From: Dysosmobacter sp. HCP28S3_G4
GTDB taxonomy: Bacteria; Bacillota; Clostridia; Oscillospirales; Oscillospiraceae
DNA length: 21,279 nt
Direction of reading: 5' to 3'
Assembly: GCF_052065175.1 (NCBI RefSeq)
Contig: NZ_JBQHUP010000046.1
Coordinates: 1-21,279, forward strand
A model generated the notes under the pieces. The model did no database searches, had not been told where the DNA came from, and saw only the letters and a program-made list of their open reading frames with translations. Both the position numbers and the translations under genes were made by a program. The stretch's first letter is position 1; each line of letters begins with the position of its first letter. Positions 1-7,052 of the stretch are shown in pieces.

Positions 1-129
1 TTTCTGTATCCACGATTTCTACGATTCCACGATCCAGCTTCCCTCGTTCAAGCATCTTTCATCACCCATGCTTATTTTACCATATAAATGCGAAAAAGCC
101 CAGCTATGCTCAACTTTTTCGACAGCCTG

Positions 130-161
130 AGCGGTCCCGGTTCCTCTGAACCGGGACCGCT
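130..161 (-). terminator. Stem-loop 22 nt downstream of the amidohydrolase stop; possible terminator, but without a clear U-tract
   Basis: Perfect 13-bp inverted repeat AGCGGTCCCGGTT (130-142) / AACCGGGACCGCT (149-161) with the 6-nt loop CCTCTG. On the minus strand the sequence after the hairpin is not T-rich, so terminator function is uncertain. Confidence 0.35.
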
Positions 162-182
162 GCTATCGGGTCATTCTGAGAT

Positions 183-1796
183 TCAGCCAAACACTTTCTT
201 TCCGCCCAGATAGGTGGCGTGGACGGGAATGTCCTTGATCTCCTCCACATCCACCGCGAAGGGGTTCTGGTCCAGCACCACGAAGTCCGCCAGCATGCCC
301 TTGCGGATCCTGCCCTTCCGGTCCTCCTCAAAGCTGCCCTCGGCACCGCGGATGGTGTAGCTGTCCAGGGCCTCCTGAACGGTGAAAGCCTCCTCCGGCA
401 GATAGGGACCCTTGTGGTCCCGCAGGGTGCTTCTGGTCACGGCGCACTGCATGCATGCCATGGCGTCCGGCAGCTCCACCGGGCAGTCGGTGCCGTTGCT
501 GACGGAGATGCCGTTCTTCATCAGGGTCTTCCAGCTGTAGCTGGTGGAGGCCAGCTCTTTGCCCACGCGCTCCTCCACGATGTGGATGTCGTAGTCCAGG
601 AAGATGCTCTGGGCATAGATATGCAGCTGCATGTCCTCGATCTTCTTCAGCTGGTCCGGGCGGGTGATCTGGCAGTGGACGATACCGTGACGATGGTCCT
701 TTCTGGGATGGGCGGCCAGCGCCTTTTCATAGGCGAACAGCACACGGTCCAGGCAGGCGTCGCCGATGGTGTGGACCGCCACCTGCATTCCGTGGGCGTT
801 GGCGTAGTCGATCATCTCGTCCATGGTCTCCTGGGTAAATACCGGGATGCCGCAGGTGGACGGATCGTCCGCGTAGGGACGGCTGAGATAGGCGGTGCGG
901 GGACCCAGAGCGCCGTCGCCCAGCATCTTCAGGGGGCCGATCTTGAACAGCTCCGTGCCCACGCCGGTGTTGCAGCCGGATTCCACGAATTCCTTCAGGC
1001 TCGGCAGGTCCGTGAAGTTGCTCTGCTCATACACACGCACCGTCAGCTCGCCGGATGCTTCCAGCTCCTGATAGGCGGCGTTGACCTCCTGCCAGGGGAT
1101 CTTGCGGTAGACGCAGTAGTCGTCGGTCTGGCTGCTGGTGACGCCGTAGGCGTTCAGCGCCTTGCAGGCGGAGCGGATCATGTCCTTCAGCTCCTCCCTG
1201 CTGGGCTCCGGGATGGCGTCGTAGACCCGGTCCATGGCGTTGTCGAAGAACCGGCCGTCCGGCTCGCCGTTCTCCAGGCCGATCCGGCCGCCGTCCGGCT
1301 GGGGCGTATCCGCCGTCACGCCCAGCAGCTCCAGTGCTTTGCTGTTGACCACCAGACAGTGGCCGCAGGCCCGCACCGCGCAGATGGGCACCTCGGTGGA
1401 CACCTTGTCCAAGTCGTAGCGGTTGGGCATCCGGTGGACATCGGTGAAGTAGTCCTGGTTCCAGCCGCGGCCCAGCAGCCATGCGGAGCCGGTGTGGGGA
1501 TGGGCGGCTTCAAACTCCCGCAGGCACCGCAGAAGGTCCTCCAGACTGGCGGTGTGGGCGGCCAGCTGGGCGGTGTGCAGCGCGTTGCCGAAGTTCAGCA
1601 GGTGCATGTGGCTGTCGTTGAAGGCGCTGCACACGAATCTGCCCTCCAGATCCACAATCTCCGAATCTCCCTCCGCATAGGACAGTGCCTCCCGGCTGCT
1701 GCCCGCGAACAGAAATTCATCGCCCTCCACGACGAAGGCCTCCGCAAGGGGAAGCTCCCCCGTGTAAACCACGCCATTGTGATAAATGGTCCTCAT
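183..1796 (-). CDS. Metal-dependent amidohydrolase, YtcJ-like (Amidohydrolase-3 family), 537 aa
   Basis: ORF 183..1868 trimmed to the internal ATG at 1796 (MRTIYHNGVVYTG...), which is the typical family N-terminus and is preceded by AAGGGG. Family motifs are visible in the translation: the HxH metal site FNDSHMHLL, then VHTIGD, GIVHCQ and SNGTDCPVE. Length fits the family. Confidence 0.85.
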   Translation of the reverse strand: MRTIYHNGVVYTGELPLAEAFVVEGDEFLFAGSSREALSYAEGDSEIVDLEGRFVCSAFNDSHMHLLNFGNALHTAQLAAHTASLEDLLRCLREFEAAHPHTGSAWLLGRGWNQDYFTDVHRMPNRYDLDKVSTEVPICAVRACGHCLVVNSKALELLGVTADTPQPDGGRIGLENGEPDGRFFDNAMDRVYDAIPEPSREELKDMIRSACKALNAYGVTSSQTDDYCVYRKIPWQEVNAAYQELEASGELTVRVYEQSNFTDLPSLKEFVESGCNTGVGTELFKIGPLKMLGDGALGPRTAYLSRPYADDPSTCGIPVFTQETMDEMIDYANAHGMQVAVHTIGDACLDRVLFAYEKALAAHPRKDHRHGIVHCQITRPDQLKKIEDMQLHIYAQSIFLDYDIHIVEERVGKELASTSYSWKTLMKNGISVSNGTDCPVELPDAMACMQCAVTRSTLRDHKGPYLPEEAFTVQEALDSYTIRGAEGSFEEDRKGRIRKGMLADFVVLDQNPFAVDVEEIKDIPVHATYLGGKKVFG

Positions 1797-1891
1797 TTTT
1801 TCTGATACCCCTTTTCCAGTTTTCCCAATGCCAAGGCCAGCTTTTCGTAAAGTCGCTCGATCCTTCACGAAAAGCTGGCTTGCTGGCGTTA

Positions 1892-3388
1892 TTATTTGCT
1901 TGTCTTTCCGGCTGCCGCGGCATCCTCATAGAACAGCCGCATGTTCTCGTCCACCTTGCCGATGCCCAAGTAGCGCGCCTTGTAGTCCTTCAGCAGCTTG
2001 AAGTACTGATTGGACAGGATCAGGATCACGGCCACGTTGACGAAGGTGGGGATGGCGGAGGTAATGTCCACCAGCGTCCAGATGAAGCCCTGGTTGTCGG
2101 TCTTCACCAGATAGATGGTCCACAGCAGGCCCGGCAGAACGCGGATGGCGTAGAAGATCTTCATGATGATGGTCTTCAGCAGGCCCTCCTTCTTGTAGAG
2201 GTGCTCCAGGATGGCCAGATAGTAGGTGAACCAGCCGCCGGAGGTGGTGACGGTGAAGATCACCATGATGACTGCCAGCAGCAGGCTTCCCACGGTCCCG
2301 AAGCTGCTGGAGAAGGCGCTCAGCGCCAGGGTGCCGCCGTTGGTGCCGTCGGTCCACATGCCGCTGAGAATCACGGACAGAGCGGTGATGCTGCAGACGA
2401 CGAAGGTATCGAAGAAGACCTCGAAGGAGCCCCACAGGCCCTGCTCCACCGGATGCCGGGTCTTGGCGGAGGCGTGGATCATGGGAGAAGTGCCCCAGCC
2501 GGCCTCGTTGGAGTACACGGACCGGGCCATACCGACGCGGACCATCTGGCTGACGGCGCAGCCGGCGAAGCCGCCGACGGCCGCGGTGCCGGTGAAGGCG
2601 TTGGTGAAGATGGAAGCCACAGCGGCGGGAGCAGAGGTGATGTTGGCCAGGATCATGGCAATGCCCATCAGGATGTACAGGGCGCTCATGAAGGGGACCA
2701 GCTTGCTGAAGATGTTGGCGATCCGCTTCGTGCCGCCGCCGGTGATGACGAAGGTCAGTGCGCAGACCAGGATGCCCACGATGATGACGCCCTCGATCTT
2801 CATGCCGCCGATGGTGATGCCGTCAAAGTGGAAGGCACCAGCCACCACCTGAGAGGCGGTCAGCGTGGAGGAAGTCACGAAGAAGGTGGAGAAGATGCCG
2901 ATACCGAAGATGACAGCCGGGATCAGCCACAGCTTGCCCCAGTGGCGCTCCTCGCCGAGGCCGCGCTCCATGTAGTAAGTGGGGCCGCCGTAGTAGTCGC
3001 CCTTCTCATTTGTCCGGCGGTAGTAGCAGCCCAGGGTGACCTCCACCTGCTTCAGGATCATGCCGAGGCACGCGGTGAGCCACATCCACAGGACAGCGCC
3101 CGGGCCGCCCGCGGCCACTGCGGTGGCGACGCCGGCGATATTGCCGAAGCCCACCGTGCCGCCGATGGCGGTGGAGATGGCCTCGAAGGCGCTCAGCATA
3201 CCCTTTTCGTTCTCATTTTCCGTATCCTTCTGGAAGATCTTTCCGAAGGTACGCTTCATAATCCAGCCGAAATAGCGGAACTGGAAGAAGCCGGAACGGA
3301 CCGTAAAGTACAGTCCGGTCACGATCATGAGTACAATGAGCGGTAATCCCCAGAGAATACCGTCAAGCCAATTTAAAAAATCAATCAC
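1892..3388 (-). CDS. Sodium:alanine (AGCS) family amino-acid:cation symporter, 498 aa
   Basis: The N-terminus ILWGLPLIVLMIVTGLYFTVRSGFFQFRYF and the multi-TM body are characteristic of alanine/glycine:cation symporters. The start codon is GTG at 3388-3386, preceded by GAGGAG with a 6-nt spacer. Confidence 0.9.
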   Translation of the reverse strand: MIDFLNWLDGILWGLPLIVLMIVTGLYFTVRSGFFQFRYFGWIMKRTFGKIFQKDTENENEKGMLSAFEAISTAIGGTVGFGNIAGVATAVAAGGPGAVLWMWLTACLGMILKQVEVTLGCYYRRTNEKGDYYGGPTYYMERGLGEERHWGKLWLIPAVIFGIGIFSTFFVTSSTLTASQVVAGAFHFDGITIGGMKIEGVIIVGILVCALTFVITGGGTKRIANIFSKLVPFMSALYILMGIAMILANITSAPAAVASIFTNAFTGTAAVGGFAGCAVSQMVRVGMARSVYSNEAGWGTSPMIHASAKTRHPVEQGLWGSFEVFFDTFVVCSITALSVILSGMWTDGTNGGTLALSAFSSSFGTVGSLLLAVIMVIFTVTTSGGWFTYYLAILEHLYKKEGLLKTIIMKIFYAIRVLPGLLWTIYLVKTDNQGFIWTLVDITSAIPTFVNVAVILILSNQYFKLLKDYKARYLGIGKVDENMRLFYEDAAAAGKTSK

Positions 3389-3489
3389 AATTTTCTCCTC
3401 TTTTCACACTTGTTTTGAGTTTTCCCTTTCCTTTGCACGGATCCGTTCAGCGAAAGGGCCGGCTTCCTTTCGTCAAAGAGGAATTTCGC

Positions 3490-3531
3490 ACAAAAAACAG
3501 AGCAGTGGTTTCCGTGAAAAGACCACTGCTC
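3490..3531 (-). terminator. Intrinsic terminator in the 5' leader of the symporter gene (riboswitch expression platform)
   Basis: On the minus strand: GAGCAGTGGT-CTTTTCACGGAA-ACCACTGCTC followed by TGTTTTTTGT. That is a 10-bp perfect stem (plus coordinates 3500-3509 / 3522-3531) with a T6 run at 3492-3497. It lies about 100 nt upstream of the GTG start, so it is an attenuator rather than a gene-end terminator. Confidence 0.8.
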
Positions 3532-3547
3532 CAATAAACAAATGAAA

Positions 3548-3710
3548 CAATAGCTCCTCCACCATGCGGTGAGAGTGCACAGCCTGTTCGACTGTACCCC
3601 AACTGCGGTGACACATGGGATGCCACCGGTTTCGGCGAAGCGTCCTTTCCCCGTCCATCTCCGGCCCCATTGCCTCCGGACAGGTACTGATACGATCCGC
3701 GCCTCTATTG
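3548..3710 (-). promoter_or_regulatory. Candidate lysine riboswitch (L-box) aptamer
   Basis: The minus strand reads CAATAGAGGCGCGG..TATCAGTACC..GGAGGCA..GGAGATGGACGGGGAAAGGACGCTTCGCCGAAACCGGTGGCA..TGTCACC..ACAGGCTGTGCACTCTCACCGCATGGTGGAGGAGCTATTG. The P1 helix closes with CAATAG/CTATTG. The blocks AGAGGCGC, AGTA, GATGGA, GGGGAAAGG, TCGCCGAA, AGGCTGT and GGAGGAGCT line up with conserved L-box blocks as I recall them from B. subtilis lysC and T. maritima. This was matched by eye only; no covariance model was run. Confidence 0.6.
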
Positions 3711-3743
3711 CTGAATCTTTATTTAATTCTTTAATTCGACAGA

Positions 3744-3772
3744 ATTATACAATCAATTCTCCCGTGTGTCAA
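3744..3772 (-). promoter_or_regulatory. Sigma-A/sigma-70 type promoter driving the riboswitch-symporter leader
   Basis: The minus strand reads TTGACA (3772-3767), a 17-nt spacer, then TATAAT (3749-3744). Both hexamers are consensus. The promoter lies about 35 nt upstream of the aptamer P1. Confidence 0.6.
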
Positions 3773-4632
3773 TAAATTTATTGGGACGGTCAGGAAAAAC
3801 TTGCCGCAGCGGGCGCGGCGGCGTCCATCTCCGGGCCGCTTCCGGCGTCGTGGATATGCAGAATATGCAGCATCAAAATATACGGATCTGCTCTGATGCG
3901 CGGCCCTCGGGTTCTTGAGAAGGCGTTTATATGTGCCTGATGTTTGCCTAGATATGAAACGCGTCTGCCGGAGACGGCAGACGCGTTCAGCAGACTTTCG
4001 CCGAATTTACGGAGTTTTTCACCGCACATCGCTGTGCAGGGAGGCAACTGAATACCTCCTACGGTTTGCCGCAGATCTGTATTTCTCCGGCGGGTGATGC
4101 GGCCTGACCGACGGTACTGCCTGCGGCGGCACTCCCCGATGCACACAGGGCCAGGATCAGCAGGGGGATCAGCAGCAGAGCCAGGAATCGTTTTACGCGC
4201 TTCCCGGTTGAACTCTTTTGACGCGGCATGTTTTTGATTGCTTCGGCCTGCCGGAACATGCGATCCAGCAGAGTCTCAATTGTTTTTCCCAGCAGCCAAT
4301 TGAGAAGCTACCTGCCCCAGTATTGAAGCACTGAGGCAACTCTTACCATATTTTTCATATGATCTGTTCAAGTTGTTGCGCCGTGGAATACGGCGGTCAC
4401 ATCATTTCTGTGTGACTCTTGCGGTCGCCCGCAAGTTCAGACTGTGCCTTCATCCGCGTGGGATGCTCCGTGTCCAGTCGTTACACCTTCCCAGAAGGGC
4501 TTGGCCCGGCGTTTTCTGCTGTGGATCCATCATAGCAGACAGGCTCCTGATTTGCAACAGGTCGGGCATCTGAAAAGGCCCGAAGGATACGGAACAGAAA
4601 TACTTCTGCCAGTGCGTTTCCGGAACCGCCGG

Positions 4633-5781
4633 TCAGTTTTTCATCGCTTTTCCCTGAGACATCAGTTCTTCGATGTACTCGTCAATAAGCCGGAGTCCCT
4701 TCGCCAAATCATGGGCATGGGAGAGCGTGATCCGGAACGAATGCGGGATATTGAAGCAGTCACCGTGGCAGACCAGCACGCCCTTCTGATCCAGCAGACC
4801 GTCGCAGAACTCCTCCGCCGGAACCTCCAGGTCGTAATGCACCAGGCAGGTGGTTGCATACGAATCGGCATATTGGTGCAGATATGGATTATCCGCGATC
4901 CATTTGTCGATGACCGCTTTATTGGCGCTGACGATCCGGCGGGATCGCTGAAAGATCTTGTCCACATGCTCCAGGGCGATGGCAAAGATCCACTCGTCAA
5001 ACACACCCCCGCAAATGGAATCATAGGAACGCCAGTTGAACAGTTTGAACCGGGTATCCGGATCGTGGCAAATGATCCAGCCCACCCGTGTACCTGCCAT
5101 GGAGTAGATCTTGGAAGAACTGGCCGTAACGATGGCCTTTTCGTAGAGGTCGGCGAAGGAGGGCATGTACTCTTCCTTCAGGCCCCGGTACATCTCGTCA
5201 CAGATGACCCATGCGTCCACGGAGCGGGCAATCTCCACGATCTCCTGCATTTCCTCCAGCGTGAGGAGAGAGCCGGTGGGGTTGTTGGGGTTGGTGAACA
5301 GGATGGCTTTCGTATTCTGATCCACCGCCCGCCGGACCTCTTCGATATCCAGACGGTATCCGGCCTCGGGCTTCAGGTCAATCTTCCGCACCTCGGCGCC
5401 GATGGACTTGGGAATGGAGAAGAACTGCTGGTAGTTGGGCATGATGGAGATCACATTGTCCCGGGACTCGATCAGGGCATAGCACACAGTACTGTTGGCT
5501 CCCGTGCCGCCGTGACAGAGGATCACTTCCTCCGGCTCTACCTTCCGGTATAGCTTTTCCGCGATGGCCCGTCTGGTCCGCGGTGTCCCATCGAACCGGC
5601 CATAGCCCAGATCCATATGCCGCAGTTCCTGAAAGAAGTCCTCCATGCTCTCGCCAGTGAGCTGGAATAGTTCCTCCACTGTCATAGGCAGCACGCAACT
5701 GCCGCCCAGATAGATTTTGTTCTTCTCACTGTCGCACGCCGGATTCAGCCAGTTTTCCAGGGTGAAATCATCAATCTTCAT
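4633..5781 (-). CDS. PLP-dependent aminotransferase, class I/II fold, 382 aa
   Basis: Carries the NPNNPTG motif (FTNPNNPTGSLL) and the PLP-lysine motif SSSKIYSMAGTRVGW. The RBS is AAAGGAG with a 6-nt spacer before the ATG at 5781. Only 36 nt separate it from the upstream OCD-family gene, so co-transcription is likely. Confidence 0.85.
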   Translation of the reverse strand: MKIDDFTLENWLNPACDSEKNKIYLGGSCVLPMTVEELFQLTGESMEDFFQELRHMDLGYGRFDGTPRTRRAIAEKLYRKVEPEEVILCHGGTGANSTVCYALIESRDNVISIMPNYQQFFSIPKSIGAEVRKIDLKPEAGYRLDIEEVRRAVDQNTKAILFTNPNNPTGSLLTLEEMQEIVEIARSVDAWVICDEMYRGLKEEYMPSFADLYEKAIVTASSSKIYSMAGTRVGWIICHDPDTRFKLFNWRSYDSICGGVFDEWIFAIALEHVDKIFQRSRRIVSANKAVIDKWIADNPYLHQYADSYATTCLVHYDLEVPAEEFCDGLLDQKGVLVCHGDCFNIPHSFRITLSHAHDLAKGLRLIDEYIEELMSQGKAMKN

Positions 5782-5817
5782 ATTACGCTCCTTTCCGCAC
5801 CTCAGCCTGGGCCGTTG

Positions 5818-6828
5818 TTATAGGTCAATGGCGTGGGCCGGATCGTCCCCTGCCCCTTCAACGACCATCTTCGCCACCGCCAGATCCAGCAGCGCCAGAC
5901 CCGTGGCGTCAAATACCGTAATCTCCCGGTCACTCCTGCGGCCGGGCTTCGTTCCCAGCAGCACCTCACCGATCTGACCGATGATGCTCGCCCGGGTGAT
6001 GAAGCCGCCTTTCACAGCAAGCTCGCACTCACCGGCGTTGACGCACTGGTCCACATCATCCACATAGATCGCAGCATCCCGCAGAATGGCGGGGTCGATC
6101 TCCTCCTTGCCGGGCATATCTGCGCCAATGCAGGAGAAATGGGTGCCGGGTCTGACCCATTCCCGTTTGATGACAGGAGCGGTAGCCCGGGTGATGGTGA
6201 TGATGATGTCGCTGTTGCCGACGGCTGCGGTCAGGTCTTCCACAGGGAGAAACTCCACGCCGGAGGCGTCAATGCCGAAGCCGTCCCTCAGACGGCCGGG
6301 TGCTTTCTCCGCGTAGACTGCCGCAGCAGACGGATGGATGGGCTCGGCACAGTACACTTTTTTGATCTGCGGCAGAGCGGTCAGGGCCGCGGCGATCATA
6401 AATATGGACTGACGTCCGGTCCCCAGGACCAGCAGCGTCTCACTGTCCCGGCGCGCCAGAGCACGGGCGGCCACCGCTGCGGCGGAGCCGGTACGCATGG
6501 AGGTGATATACGAGGCGTCCATGATCCCCAGCGGCAGCCCCGTTTTCCCGTCCATGGCCACAAGGATGCCGCTGAATGGAGGCAGCCCCAGCTGTTCATT
6601 CTGTGGGAATGTTGCCAGTGCCTTCAGGCCGTATACCTCACTTCCGCGGTCATAGCCGGAGCGGATATCCATGACGCCGCCGCGATCCTCAAAGTGGTGG
6701 GTCACAGTAGGCCAGACAACGGTCTCCCCCCGTGCCTTGGAACGATAAACGCCCTCCACAGCTTCGATCACCTCCGGCAGCCGGAGTCTCTGTTCGAGAG
6801 CAGCGCGGTTATAGAAACTGACTTTCAT
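5818..6828 (-). CDS. Ornithine cyclodeaminase / mu-crystallin family NAD(P)-dependent enzyme, 336 aa
   Basis: ORF 5818..6924 trimmed to the ATG at 6828 (MKVSFYNRAAL...), which is preceded by GGGAGGAG with a 5-nt spacer. The family signature YITSMRTGSAAAVAARALA and the Rossmann motif LLVLGTGRQS are both present. Confidence 0.85.
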   Translation of the reverse strand: MKVSFYNRAALEQRLRLPEVIEAVEGVYRSKARGETVVWPTVTHHFEDRGGVMDIRSGYDRGSEVYGLKALATFPQNEQLGLPPFSGILVAMDGKTGLPLGIMDASYITSMRTGSAAAVAARALARRDSETLLVLGTGRQSIFMIAAALTALPQIKKVYCAEPIHPSAAAVYAEKAPGRLRDGFGIDASGVEFLPVEDLTAAVGNSDIIITITRATAPVIKREWVRPGTHFSCIGADMPGKEEIDPAILRDAAIYVDDVDQCVNAGECELAVKGGFITRASIIGQIGEVLLGTKPGRRSDREITVFDATGLALLDLAVAKMVVEGAGDDPAHAIDL

Positions 6829-7052
6829 AACGACTCCTCCCTGTTGAAAAAGATTAAGCGCACAGGTTTGTTTGCAATCAGGATATCGTTTTGATACTCC
6901 AACTGCAACGGATATTTTTAGCACAGACGATAAAAGTATAGAAATTCAAATTAACGGGATTTTTTATTATTCAAACATCGAGTCCGTCAATGAATCCTTG
7001 ATGGGTGATTAGTCGCTTACATTCAATGCAGGTTATCGTTCCCTGTCCGCAT

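Noticed and set aside
3548-3710. Interpretation of the symporter leader as a glycine riboswitch, or as a T-box
   Set aside because: AGCS genes are often glycine-riboswitch regulated, so I checked. I do not see the tandem GGAGAG...CACCGAAGGGGCAA aptamer blocks, nor a T-box AGGGTGGTACCGCG element. The AGAGGCGC...AGTA...GCCGAA...GGAGGAGCT pattern with a CAATAG/CTATTG P1 fits the L-box better. This still needs cmsearch to confirm.
3473-3775. ORFs 3473..3670(-) and 3569..3775(+) in the symporter leader
   Set aside because: They lie entirely within the riboswitch, terminator and promoter region. They have no RBS, and the region is better explained as structured leader RNA.
3790-4146. A 118-aa minus-strand ORF in the 3.8-4.6 kb gap
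   Set aside because: It has no RBS at a usable distance from any ATG and an Arg-rich nonsense-like N-terminus. It overlaps the 3960-3983 hairpin and shows no recognisable similarity.
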